Assembly: GCA_031459385.1 (NCBI GenBank)
Contig: JAVKIP010000016.1
Coordinates: 1-64,000, forward strand
Reading direction: 5' to 3'
DNA from: Candidatus Fervidifonticultor secundus
GTDB taxonomy: Bacteria > Sysuimicrobiota > Sysuimicrobiia > Sysuimicrobiales > Humicultoraceae
DNA: 64,000 nt
Shown one piece after another: positions 19,126-28,578 of this stretch. The translations under genes and the position numbers were made by a program. Within the stretch, counting starts at the first letter, position 1; the number at the start of each line of letters is the position of its first letter. The notes beneath the pieces were generated by a model. That model made no database searches and was not told the origin of the DNA. It worked only from the letters and a program-made list of their open reading frames with translations.

Positions 19126-20733
19126 ATGGAACGCATCGCCTCGCGCGTCGATCTACGCAGCCCGGAGTTCGAGGCCAACCGCCGCCACCACGAGGCCCTG
19201 GTCGCGCAGCTGCGCGCGCGTCTGGACCTGGTGCGCCAGGGCGGCGGCGAGCGGGCCCGGCGCCGGCAGCGCGAGCTGGGCAAGCTGCCCGTGCGCGAGC
19301 GCGTCGACTTGTTGCTGGATCCCGGCTCGCCGTTCCTGGAGCTGTCGCCGCTGGCGGCGTGGGAGATGTACGGCAACGAGGCGCCGGCGGCCGGGATCGT
19401 CACCGGCATCGGCCGCGTCGCGGGCCAGGAGATCATGATCGTGGCCAACGACGCGACGGTGAAGGGCGGCACCTACTACCCCATGACGGTGAAGAAGCAC
19501 GTCCGGGCCCAGGAGATCGCCCTGGCCAACCGCCTGCCCTGCGTCTACCTGGTGGACTCCGGCGGCGCGTTCCTCCCGCTGCAGGCCGAGGTCTTCCCCG
19601 ACCGCGACCACTTCGGCCGCATCTTCTACAACCAGGCGCGGCTGTCGGCTGCGGGCCTCGCGCAGATCGCGGCCGTGATGGGCTCGTGCACCGCGGGCGG
19701 GGCCTACGTGCCCGCCATGAGCGACGAGGCCGTGATCGTCAAGGGGACCGGCACGATCTTCCTGGGCGGCCCGCCGCTGGTGCGGGCCGCGACCGGCGAG
19801 GACGTCACGGCGGAGGACCTGGGCGGCGCCGACGTGCACGCCCGGCGCTCGGGCGTGGTGGACCACTACGCCGTCGACGACCGCGACGCGCTGCGCATCG
19901 TGCGTCACATTGTGAGCACGTTGAACCGGCGGAAGGCGCCGGAGGCGGACATCGTCCCGCCGGAGCCTCCTGCCTACGATCCGCGGGAGCTCTACGGGAT
20001 CGTTCCCGCCGACCTGCGCCGGCCCTACGACGTGCGCGAGGTGATCGCCCGCATCGTGGACGGCAGCCGCTTCCACGAGTTCAAGGCGCTGTACGGGACG
20101 ACGCTGGTCTGCGGCTTCGCCCGCATCCATGGCGTGCTGGTCGGGGTCGTCGCCAACAACGGCGTGCTCTTCGTCGACAGCGCCGAGAAGGGGGCGCACT
20201 TCATCGAGCTGTGCGGTCAGCGCCGCATCCCGCTGGTCTTCCTGCAGCACATCACCGGGTTCATCGTGGGCCGGCAGGCCGAGGCGGCGGGGATCGCGCG
20301 GGCCGGGGCCAAGATGGTGCACGCCGTGGCGACCTGCGGGGTGCCCCGGTTCACGGTGATCATCGGCGGGTCCTACGGCGCGGGCAACTACGCCATGTGC
20401 GGCCGAGCCTACGAGCCCCGCTTCCTGTTCATGTGGCCCAACGCCCGCATCAACGTCATGGGCCCCGAGCAGGCCGCGGGGGTGCTCGTCACCGTCAAGC
20501 GCGAGCAGCTGGCGCGAGAGGGAAAGACCCTGGCCCCGGAGGACGAGGACGCCATCGTGCGGCCGATCCTCGAGAAGTACGAGCGCGAGGGCAGCCCGTA
20601 CTACAGCACCGCGCGCCTGTGGGACGACGGCGTCATCGATCCCGCCCAGACCCGCGACGTGCTGGGACTGGCCATCTCGGCGGCGCTGAACGCCCCGGTC
20701 GAGGCCGCCCGGCCCGGCGTCTTCCGGATGTGA
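19126..20733 (+). CDS. liuB: 3-methylcrotonyl-CoA carboxylase carboxyltransferase subunit
   Basis: [56 protein letters not shown]-terminus. Confidence 0.93.
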   Translation: MERIASRVDLRSPEFEANRRHHEALVAQLRARLDLVRQGGGERARRRQRELGKLPVRERVDLLLDPGSPFLELSPLAAWEMYGNEAPAAGIVTGIGRVAGQEIMIVANDATVKGGTYYPMTVKKHVRAQEIALANRLPCVYLVDSGGAFLPLQAEVFPDRDHFGRIFYNQARLSAAGLAQIAAVMGSCTAGGAYVPAMSDEAVIVKGTGTIFLGGPPLVRAATGEDVTAEDLGGADVHARRSGVVDHYAVDDRDALRIVRHIVSTLNRRKAPEADIVPPEPPAYDPRELYGIVPADLRRPYDVREVIARIVDGSRFHEFKALYGTTLVCGFARIHGVLVGVVANNGVLFVDSAEKGAHFIELCGQRRIPLVFLQHITGFIVGRQAEAAGIARAGAKMVHAVATCGVPRFTVIIGGSYGAGNYAMCGRAYEPRFLFMWPNARINVMGPEQAAGVLVTVKREQLAREGKTLAPEDEDAIVRPILEKYEREGSPYYSTARLWDDGVIDPAQTRDVLGLAISAALNAPVEAARPGVFRM

Positions 20734-20737
20734 GCCC

Positions 20738-21544
20738 GTGAGCGACGTGCTCCGCCTCCTGCGCCAGGGCCCCGCTCTGCACGTGCTGCTGGCGCGGCCG
20801 GAGGTCCACAACGCCCTCGACGCCCGGCTGATCGCCGCGCTGACAGAGGCGTTCACGGCGGCCGCGGCGGATCCGGCCGTGCGCTACGTGGTGCTGGCGG
20901 GCGAGGGTCCGTCGTTCTGCGCGGGCGCCGACCTGGGCTGGATGCGCGCGTCCCTGGACCTCCCCGCTGACGAGAACCGCGCCGATGCGGCGCGGCTGGC
21001 GGCGATGCTGGACGCGCTCGTAGCCTGCCCGAAGCCGGTGATCGCGTCGGTGCACGGCGCGACGCTCGGCGGCGGCGTGGGTCTGGTGGCGGCCTGCGAC
21101 CTCGCCGTGGCGACGCCCGATGCGACGTTCGGCCTCACAGAGGTGCGATTGGGGCTGGTGCCCGCCATGATCTTCCCGTTCCTGCTGCGCAAGGCCGTCC
21201 GGCACCTGGTGCTGCAGGCCGCGTTGACCGGCGAGCGGTTCGGCGTGGCGCAGGCGCAGGCGATGGGGCTGGTCAACGCCGTTGCGGAGGACCGTGGGGT
21301 TGTGATCGCGCGCTGGGCGCAGGCGGTCCTCGCTGCCGGCCCGCAGGCGCTCGGCGGCGTCAAGGCGCTGTTCGCTGCCGTGCCACAGCTGTCGTGGGAG
21401 GACGCGCGGCGGTACACGGTGGACCTCATCGCCCGCGTGCGCGCCGGGGCGGAGGCGCAGGAGGGGATGCGCGCGTTCCTCGAGCGGCGTCGGCCGGCGT
21501 GGGGCTCCGACGAGACCGGTGCTGCCGGCCCGGGCGGGCGCTGA
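20738..21544 (+). CDS. liuC: Enoyl-CoA hydratase (methylglutaconyl-CoA hydratase-like)
   Basis: RPEVHNA, FCAGADL, GGGVGLVAACD, LTEVRLGLVPA; liu context. Confidence 0.85.
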   Translation: MSDVLRLLRQGPALHVLLARPEVHNALDARLIAALTEAFTAAAADPAVRYVVLAGEGPSFCAGADLGWMRASLDLPADENRADAARLAAMLDALVACPKPVIASVHGATLGGGVGLVAACDLAVATPDATFGLTEVRLGLVPAMIFPFLLRKAVRHLVLQAALTGERFGVAQAQAMGLVNAVAEDRGVVIARWAQAVLAAGPQALGGVKALFAAVPQLSWEDARRYTVDLIARVRAGAEAQEGMRAFLERRRPAWGSDETGAAGPGGR

Positions 21545-23034
21545 TGTTCTCCACGGTCCTGGTTGCCAACCGCGGCGAGATCGCCGTGCGGATCATCCGC
21601 ACCTGCCGGGAGCTCGGCGTCCGCGCTGTGGCTGTCTACTCCGAGGCGGACGCGGCTGCGCCGCACGTGGCCCTCGCCGACGAGGCGATCCCGATCGGCC
21701 CGGCCGAGCCCGCCCGGTCGTACCTGGACGGCGCCCGCCTCATCGACGCCGCGCGGCGCGCCGGGGCGGAGGCGGTGCATCCAGGCTACGGGTTCCTGGC
21801 CGAGGATGCCGGGTTTGCGCGGGCGTGCGCGGACGCCGGCCTGGTCTTCATCGGGCCGCCGGCCGAGGTCATCGCGCGCTTCGGCGACAAGACCGCAGCG
21901 CGGCGCCTGGCCACCGAGGCCGGGGTGCCGGTGGTGCCGGGCGTGGAGGAGGCGCCCGACGACGGCGCGCTGTGGGACGCAGCGGCGCGCCTGGGCTTTC
22001 CGCTGCTGGTGAAGGCGGCTGCGGGCGGGGGCGGACGCGGGATGCGCGTGGTCCACCGGCCCGACGACCTCCCGGCGGCCGTCGCTGCCGCGCGGCGAGA
22101 GGCCCGGGCGGCGTTCGGGAGCGACGCGGTCTTCCTCGAGCGGCTGCTGGAGCGGTGGCGCCACGTCGAGGTGCAGGTGCTGGCGGACGCGCACGGGGGC
22201 GTCGTGCACCTGGGCGAGCGCGAGTGCAGCGTGCAACGCCGCTACCAGAAGGTCGTCGAGGAAGCGCCGTCGCCCGCAGTGGACCCGCCGCTGCGGGAGG
22301 CGCTCGGCGAAGCCGCCGTACGCCTGGCGCGGGCCGCCGGCTACGTCAACGCCGGGACGATCGAGTTCCTGGTCGATGGCCGCACGTTCTTCTTCCTCGA
22401 AGCCAACACCCGGCTGCAGGTCGAGCATCCGGTCACCGAGCTGGTGGCCGGGGTCGACCTGGTCGCCGCCCAGCTGCGCATCGCGGCCGGCGAGCCGCTG
22501 GCCTGGCGGCAGGAGGATCTCGCCCCGCGCGGGTGGGCGATCGAGGCGCGCGTCTACGCCGAGGATCCCGAGGCGGAGTTCGCCCCATCGCCCGGTCGCG
22601 TGTTGCACCTGGCAGAGCCGCACCTGCCCGGCGTGCGCATCGACTCGGGCGTCGCCGCAGGGGTGGAGATCCCGCCGTTCTACGATCCGCTGCTCGCGAA
22701 GCTCATCGCCTGGGGCACCGATCGGGAGCACGCGCGGCGCCGCCTGGAGCGGGCGCTGGCCGAGTACGTGATCCTCGGGCCGCGAACCAACGTCTCGTTC
22801 CTGCGGGCCGTCGTGGGCCATCCCGCGTTCGCGGCGGGCGCGCTGACCACCGGCTTCCTGGCCGAGGAGTTCGCCGGCTGGCGGCGCCCCGAACCGCCCG
22901 AGGCCGTCGTCGCCGTCGCTGCGGTGCTGGCGGCCGTGCACGAGACGCCGCCCGCACCGCCCGGGCGCGGCGTGCGCCCGGGGCCGACTTGCGCCGACCC
23001 CTGGGCGTACCTCACCGGCTGGCGCCTGGGATGA
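21544..23034 (+). CDS. Biotin carboxylase (MCC alpha, N-terminal part)
   Basis: ANRGEIA, HPGYGFLAE, GGGGRGMR, ERECSVQRR, NTRLQVEHPVTE, YDPLLAK. Confidence 0.93.
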   Translation: MFSTVLVANRGEIAVRIIRTCRELGVRAVAVYSEADAAAPHVALADEAIPIGPAEPARSYLDGARLIDAARRAGAEAVHPGYGFLAEDAGFARACADAGLVFIGPPAEVIARFGDKTAARRLATEAGVPVVPGVEEAPDDGALWDAAARLGFPLLVKAAAGGGGRGMRVVHRPDDLPAAVAAARREARAAFGSDAVFLERLLERWRHVEVQVLADAHGGVVHLGERECSVQRRYQKVVEEAPSPAVDPPLREALGEAAVRLARAAGYVNAGTIEFLVDGRTFFFLEANTRLQVEHPVTELVAGVDLVAAQLRIAAGEPLAWRQEDLAPRGWAIEARVYAEDPEAEFAPSPGRVLHLAEPHLPGVRIDSGVAAGVEIPPFYDPLLAKLIAWGTDREHARRRLERALAEYVILGPRTNVSFLRAVVGHPAFAAGALTTGFLAEEFAGWRRPEPPEAVVAVAAVLAAVHETPPAPPGRGVRPGPTCADPWAYLTGWRLG

Positions 23035-23684
23035 GTACGCGCGTCGTGCTGCAGGTCGGCACGCAGACGCTCACCGCTGAGGTGCGGGGCGATTTCGCCG
23101 CGGCGCACGAGCGCTCCGCCGGGCCTCTGTCTGCGGCCGGACACCCAGCCCTCGCCCAGGGCGTACGGGCCGAGGTCGTGCTGGCCGGGGGGACGACACC
23201 GCTGCGCGTGGCCCTGCAACAGCTGGGACCGGGCCGGTACCTGGCGACCGTCGACGGGCAGACCCTGCTCGTGCACCACGCCGCCTGGGGCACGGTGCAC
23301 CATGTGCACGCCGCGGGCGCGGACTTCACCTTCCGCCGCGTGCACCCGCACGCCCCGGACGCGGCTGCGCTGGGGGGTGGCGATGCGCCACCATACGTCC
23401 CCGTCGCGTCGCCGCCGGCGGGCATCACGGCCGGTGCGACACCGTCGCCTGCAGCCGGCGCCACCCGCCAGGCGCGTGCCCCCATGCCCGGCGTGGTGAC
23501 ACGCGTGCTGGTGGCCGAGGGGCAGGCCGTCGCCGCCGGCCAGCCGCTCTGCGTCCTCGAGGCCATGAAGATGGAGACCCTGGTCGAGGCGCCAGCCGCC
23601 GGGCGAGTGGTGCGCATCACCGTCGCGCCGGGGACGCAGGTCGACGGCGGGGCGGTACTCGTGGACCTCGAGGCGCCGGCGTGA
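23031..23684 (+). CDS. Biotin carboxyl carrier protein (BT-like plus biotinyl domain)
   Basis: APMPG and EAMKME biotinylation motif; ATGA overlap. Confidence 0.88.
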   Translation: MSTRVVLQVGTQTLTAEVRGDFAAAHERSAGPLSAAGHPALAQGVRAEVVLAGGTTPLRVALQQLGPGRYLATVDGQTLLVHHAAWGTVHHVHAAGADFTFRRVHPHAPDAAALGGGDAPPYVPVASPPAGITAGATPSPAAGATRQARAPMPGVVTRVLVAEGQAVAAGQPLCVLEAMKMETLVEAPAAGRVVRITVAPGTQVDGGAVLVDLEAPA

Positions 23685-24601
23685 GCCTGCGCTATCCGGG
23701 CAGCGTGCGCGTGGTCGAGGTCGGGCCGCGCGACGGCCTGCAGAACGAAGCCGGCGTCGTGCCGGTCGACGCCAAGGTGCGCTTCGTCGAGCTGCTGGCC
23801 GACGCGGGGCTGCCCGTCATCGAGGTCGGCGCGTTCGTGCGCCCCGACCGCGTGCCGCAGATGGCCGACACCGACCAGGTGCTCCGTCGGCTTGCCCCCC
23901 GCCCCCACACCACCTACGTCGTCCTGGTGCCCAACCGCCGCGGCCTGGAGCGAGCGATCGCAGCCGGCGCCCGCACCGTCGCCGTCTTCACGGCCGCCTC
24001 CGAGGCGTTCGCCCGGGCCAACATCGGCATGTCGGTGGACGCATCCCTCGACGTCTTCCGCGACGTCGTTCGGGAGGCGGCGGCGCAGGGGATCGGCGTC
24101 CGCGGCTACGTCTCCACGGCCTGGTGGTGCCCGTACTCGGGCCCCGTGGCCCCGGAGGCCGCGCGCCGGGTGGCCCTGGCCCTGGCCGAGATGGGGTGCG
24201 ACGAAGTGGGGCTCGGCGACACTATCGGCGCGGCCACGCCCGGCGAGGTGGCGCGGCTGCTCGAGGTCGTACTGCGCGACCTGCCCGCCGGGCGGCTGAC
24301 GGTGCACTTCCACGACACGCGCGGCACCGCCCTGGCCAACGTCCTGGCCGCGCTGGACGCCGGGGTGGCCACCGTGGACGCGTCCGCCGGCGGACTCGGC
24401 GGGTGCCCGTTCGCGCCCGGCGCGCTCGGCAACGTCGCCACCGAGGACTTGCTCTACATGCTGCACGGCATGGGCATCGCCACCGGCGTCGACCTGGAGG
24501 CCGTGCGGGCGGCGGCGCGCTACATCGAAGGCGTCCTGGGCCGGCCGCTGCCCGCGCGATACCTGCGGGCCGGGCCGCCGGGCCCGGCCGCGCCGCGCTA
24601 G
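23681..24601 (+). CDS. liuE: Hydroxymethylglutaryl-CoA lyase
   Basis: EVGPRDGLQNE, DTIG, HFHDTRG, GGLGGCPFAPGA..NVATED. Confidence 0.94.
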   Translation: MSLRYPGSVRVVEVGPRDGLQNEAGVVPVDAKVRFVELLADAGLPVIEVGAFVRPDRVPQMADTDQVLRRLAPRPHTTYVVLVPNRRGLERAIAAGARTVAVFTAASEAFARANIGMSVDASLDVFRDVVREAAAQGIGVRGYVSTAWWCPYSGPVAPEAARRVALALAEMGCDEVGLGDTIGAATPGEVARLLEVVLRDLPAGRLTVHFHDTRGTALANVLAALDAGVATVDASAGGLGGCPFAPGALGNVATEDLLYMLHGMGIATGVDLEAVRAAARYIEGVLGRPLPARYLRAGPPGPAAPR

Positions 24602-24831
24602 CAATCCGTGGGCGCACGCGCACCGTCGCCGCGCATGCCCCGGCGGTGGGGCGGTGCAGGCCGCAGCGTGTAGTCGGCCTTTCGGTACGTGGCCCGCACC
24701 CCGCAGTGGGGGCAGGTGTGGTAGTTCGCGGCGAGCGTGCCACGCTCGAACGATGCGCGGTCCATCCGCAGCCCGCTGTCGAAGGGCCGGCGGCAGGCCG
24801 TGCAGGAGACCCACAGGGCGAACCCGGCCAC
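24598..24831 (-). CDS. Small zinc-ribbon hypothetical protein (77 aa)
   Basis: CTAC...CPHC; 6 nt downstream of the co-oriented HTH-like gene. Confidence 0.65.
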   Translation of the reverse strand: MAGFALWVSCTACRRPFDSGLRMDRASFERGTLAANYHTCPHCGVRATYRKADYTLRPAPPHRRGMRGDGARAPTDC

Positions 24832-24837
24832 GGCCGA

Positions 24838-25197
24838 TCACGTCCCGGGCCGGGTGGCCCGGTAGCGTGCCACGTCCTCGGCGCGCCAGATGCGCCGGTG
24901 ACCCGATGCGAACAGGGGCGCGGGGAAGTCGGGGCGCGCGGCCACCTCGTCCAGGAAGCGCCGGGGCGGCAGGCCGAACTGCTCTGCCGCCTCCACCGCA
25001 CTCACGATGGGGATACCCTCGGCGACGGCGCGGCACACGGCGGCGATCAGCGAGTCGGAGGCCTGCGGGCGGCTGAGGACCAGGCGCAGCGCGGAGATGC
25101 CCCGCGGGTGGGCCTGCTTGATGAGGTTGCTGTAGTGCCGCAGGTCCTCGGTGTAGCCCCGCAGGTGAGTCAGGACCTTCGCGTCGTCTCCCAGCAT
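24838..25197 (-). CDS. Hypothetical protein with C-terminal AlpA/excisionase-like HTH
   Basis: IVSAVEAAEQFGL...PDFPAPL...RRIWRAEDV resembles the AlpA/Xis winged HTH; start ATG 25197 or GTG 25209. Confidence 0.6.
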   Translation of the reverse strand: MLGDDAKVLTHLRGYTEDLRHYSNLIKQAHPRGISALRLVLSRPQASDSLIAAVCRAVAEGIPIVSAVEAAEQFGLPPRRFLDEVAARPDFPAPLFASGHRRIWRAEDVARYRATRPGT

Positions 25198-25279
25198 GGG
25201 CTCGGCCACGCCACCTGAGTTCGCGGAATAGACCCTCCGTGCCTCTCGTTGGCGCGGGAGGGAGAGCAGGAGGGACGCG

Positions 25280-25990
25280 ATGCCGTTACTCAACGACCAG
25301 GATGCGGCCTTCGTTCGCAAGCGGCTGCGCGAGGAACTGGAGCACGACGTGCGGCTCGTGTTCTTCGCGCCGAGCCTGGGCGGACTGGCGGTGCCCGGCG
25401 CGGACTGGGAGATGGCCGAGTACACCCGGCGGATCTTGCAAGAGTTTGCCGCGCTCTCGGAGCGCGTGCACCTGGAGGAGCACAGTCTGGCGGGCGAGCC
25501 CGAGCTGGCGCGGCAGTATGGCGTCGCGCGCACGCCGGCCACGCTCATCATCGGCGCCGAGGACTACGGCGTCCGCTTCTACGGCGCGCCCGCCGGCTAC
25601 GAGTTCGTGACCCTCCTGGAACTGGTGCTGGACGTCTCGAAGGGTCGCGCCCCGATCGCCGAGGCGACCCGCGCGGCCCTGCAGGCGCTGCCCGGCGACG
25701 TCCACCTCCAGGTCTTCGTCACGCCCACCTGACCCCACTGCCCTCGGGCGGCCAGGCTGGCCGCCGATCTCGCGATCGCGTCGCCGCGCGTCCGCGCCGA
25801 CATCGTGGAAGCCAGCGAGTTCCCCGACCTGGCCCAGCGCTACAACGTCTATGCCGTGCCCAAGACGGTCATCAACGACGTCCGCGAGGTGGTGGGCGCC
25901 GTGCCGGAGGCGCAGCTGGTCGCCGCGCTGGCGGAGGCCGTGCGGCCCGGGGCAGCGGCGTCTGCAGCGTCCGACGTGCCCTCTGCCTGA
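25280..25990 (+). CDS. Protein-disulfide oxidoreductase (AhpF-N/PDO double thioredoxin fold), probable selenoprotein (UPHC)
   Basis: ORFs 25280-25732 and 25805-25990 are in the same frame, separated only by TGA 25730-25732 in VFVTPT-U-PHCPRA. Also FYGAPAGYEF and EASEFPDLAQRYNVYAVPK. SD AGGAGG. Confidence 0.88.
25744..25767 (+). promoter_or_regulatory. Bacterial SECIS-like hairpin
   Basis: UC(G)GGCGGCCA-GGC-UGGCCGCCGA; stem starts 11 nt after UGA, with one bulged G and a G-rich apical loop. Confidence 0.7.
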
Positions 25991-26032
25991 GCCGGGTGCC
26001 GGCGCTGCGGAATTTGCTACGATAGAGGAGCC

Positions 26033-27277
26033 GTGGGCGCCGTTGACTCCGATGTCGTCGTCACCGGGCTAGGGGCGATCACGCCTCTCGGCCTGTCCGC
26101 CGCGGAGACCTGGCAGGGCTTGGTCGAGGGCCGCTCTGGTGTGGCGCGCATCGCGCAGTTCGATCCCCAGGACCTGCCGGTGCAGATCGCGGCCGAGGTG
26201 AAGGGCTTCGACCCGGCGCCCTACATCGACGCCAGGATGGCGGGCCGACTCGAGCGGTTCGCGCAGTTTGCCGTGGCGGCCTCCATCCAGGCCCTGGCCG
26301 ATGCCGGCCTCACCCCCAATGGCGAGACCGCCGACCGCATCGGCGTCGTGATGAACACCGGCGGCGGCGGCATGCCCCTGGTGGAGCGCGAGCGGCTGGT
26401 CCTGCTGGAGAAGGGGCCGCGCCGCGTCAGCCCCCTGTTCGTGCCCATGATGATGCCGAACATCGGCGCCTGCCAGGTGTCGATCCAGCTGGGCCTGCGC
26501 GGGCCAGCCGTCACCGCCACCGCCGCATGCGCCTCCGGCGTCCAGGCCATCGTAGACGCCCTGCGCCTCATTCGCGACGGCGATGCCGACGTGATCATCG
26601 CCGGGGGCAGCGAGGCAGCGCTCACGCCGCTCTCCATTGCGGCCATGGCCAACATGCGGGCGCTGTCGCGGCGCAACGACGAGCCCGAACGCGCCAGCCG
26701 GCCCTTCGACCTGGATCGCGATGGCTTCGTCTTCGGCGAAGGGGCCGTGGCACTGGTGCTCGAGCGCCGCGCCCACGCCGTCGCGCGCGGCGCGCGCGTC
26801 TACGCCGTCGTGCTGGGCGGTGCCATGACCGCCGACGCCCACCACATCACGGCGCCCGACCCCGAGGGGCACGGCGCCGCCCGTGCCATGAGCCGCGCCC
26901 TCGCGCACGCCGGCCTGCAGCCGGGGGACGTGGACTACATCTGCGCCCACGCCACCGCCACGCCCATCGGCGACGTCGCCGAATGCCGCGCGATCCGCCG
27001 CGTGTTCGGCGCGCATGCCGACCGCCTGGCGGTGAGCGCCCCGAAGTCCATGGTGGGCCACCTCATGGGCGCCGCCGGGGCGCTGGCGGCGCTGGCGGCA
27101 GTGAAGACGGTGCAGGAGGATCTCATCCCGCCGACGATCAACCTGGACAGACAGGATCCGGAGTGCGACCTCGACTGCGTGCCCCACCGCGCGCGCCGCG
27201 CCCGCGTGCGCGCGGCCATCGCCAACGGGTTCGGGTTCGGCGGGCAGAACATCGTGGCGGTGTTCGCGAAGGCGTGA
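26033..27277 (+). CDS. fabF: 3-oxoacyl-ACP synthase II
   Basis: VVVTGLG, TAACASG (catalytic Cys), SRPFD..RDGFV.GEG, AHATAT, KSMVGH, NGFGFGGQN. Confidence 0.93.
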   Translation: MGAVDSDVVVTGLGAITPLGLSAAETWQGLVEGRSGVARIAQFDPQDLPVQIAAEVKGFDPAPYIDARMAGRLERFAQFAVAASIQALADAGLTPNGETADRIGVVMNTGGGGMPLVERERLVLLEKGPRRVSPLFVPMMMPNIGACQVSIQLGLRGPAVTATAACASGVQAIVDALRLIRDGDADVIIAGGSEAALTPLSIAAMANMRALSRRNDEPERASRPFDLDRDGFVFGEGAVALVLERRAHAVARGARVYAVVLGGAMTADAHHITAPDPEGHGAARAMSRALAHAGLQPGDVDYICAHATATPIGDVAECRAIRRVFGAHADRLAVSAPKSMVGHLMGAAGALAALAAVKTVQEDLIPPTINLDRQDPECDLDCVPHRARRARVRAAIANGFGFGGQNIVAVFAKA

Positions 27278-28578
27278 GCTCCTCCGACGACCTGCTGCGG
27301 CGCTACGGGGACGTGGCGGTCCCGGCGATCTACCGCTACACTGATCTGACGTTCGTCCGCGGCGAGGGCGTCTACCTGTACGACGCCGACGGTGCCCGCT
27401 ACCTGGACCTGGCGGCCGGCATCGCCACCATGGCCGTCGGCCACTGCCACCCGCGCGTCGTGGCGGCGGTCACCGAGCAGGCGCGCACGCTCCTGCACGG
27501 CGCCGCTCACATCGGGGTCATGGACCCGTACGTGGCGCTGCTGGAGCGGCTGCGTGGGCTGGTGCCCGCGCGGCTGCGCCAGGGCCGGGGGCTGCTGCTG
27601 AACAGCGGCAGCGAGGCGATCGAGGCCGCTGCCAAACTGGCCCGCTACGCGACGGGCAGGCCGATGCTTATCGCGTTCCACCACGCGTTCCACGGCCGCC
27701 CCATGGGCGCGTTGAGCCTGACGGCCAGCGTCGCGGCGTACCGCCGGCGGCTGTCGGGCCTGCTGCCCGGCGTCTACCACGCCGTCTACCCGGCACCGCA
27801 CCTGCCGCTGGGCGCGACCCCCGAGGCCCGGGGTGCCGCGGCGCTGGCGCTGCTGGAAGACGCGCTGCGCACCGTCGTGCCGCCCGAAGACGTGGCGGGC
27901 ATCGTGGTGGAGCCCATCGTGGGCGAGGGCGGCTACCTCGTGCCGCCGTCGGGTTTCCTCGAGGGCCTCTGGGCGCTGGCACGCCGGCACGACTTGCTGG
28001 TCATTGCCGACGAGGTCCAGACCGGCCTGGGGCGCACCGGGCGGTGGTTCGCGGTCGAGCACTGGGGGCTGGAACCCGACATCCTGGTCCTGGGCAAGGC
28101 CCTGGGCGGCGGCCTCCCGCTGGGCGCGGTGCTGGCGCGCCGCGAGATCGCGGACGCCTGGCAACCCGGGGCCCACGGGTCCACGTTCGGCGGCAACCCG
28201 GTGGCGTGCAGGGCCGGCCTGGCCACGATCGACGTAATCGAGGCCGAAGGCCTGCTGGAACGCGCCCGCACCGTGGGCGCGTTCATCGCCGATGCCCTGC
28301 GCGCCGCCCGCGCCGACGTCCCGGTGCTGGGCGACGTCCGGGGGCTGGGGCTCATGATCGGGGCCGACGTGGTCGATCCCGCCACCGGCCGGCCGGATGC
28401 GGCGCGCACGCGCGCGGTGCTGGCGGCCACGCCGCGCGCCGGACTCGTGCTCACCAAGTGCGGCGAGGCCACGGTGCGCATCTCGCCGCCGCTCATCCTC
28501 ACCCGGGAGCAGGCCCAGGGTGCGGTCGAGGCGCTGCTGGGCGTGCTGCGGCAGGTCGGCGGCACCACGTCGCTCTGA
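27274..28578 (+). CDS. Class III PLP aminotransferase (GabT/ArgD-like)
   Basis: NSGSEAIE, FHGR, EPIVGEGG, DEVQTGLGRTG, LGKALGGG, HGSTFGGNP. Confidence 0.92.
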   Translation: MSSSDDLLRRYGDVAVPAIYRYTDLTFVRGEGVYLYDADGARYLDLAAGIATMAVGHCHPRVVAAVTEQARTLLHGAAHIGVMDPYVALLERLRGLVPARLRQGRGLLLNSGSEAIEAAAKLARYATGRPMLIAFHHAFHGRPMGALSLTASVAAYRRRLSGLLPGVYHAVYPAPHLPLGATPEARGAAALALLEDALRTVVPPEDVAGIVVEPIVGEGGYLVPPSGFLEGLWALARRHDLLVIADEVQTGLGRTGRWFAVEHWGLEPDILVLGKALGGGLPLGAVLARREIADAWQPGAHGSTFGGNPVACRAGLATIDVIEAEGLLERARTVGAFIADALRAARADVPVLGDVRGLGLMIGADVVDPATGRPDAARTRAVLAATPRAGLVLTKCGEATVRISPPLILTREQAQGAVEALLGVLRQVGGTTSL

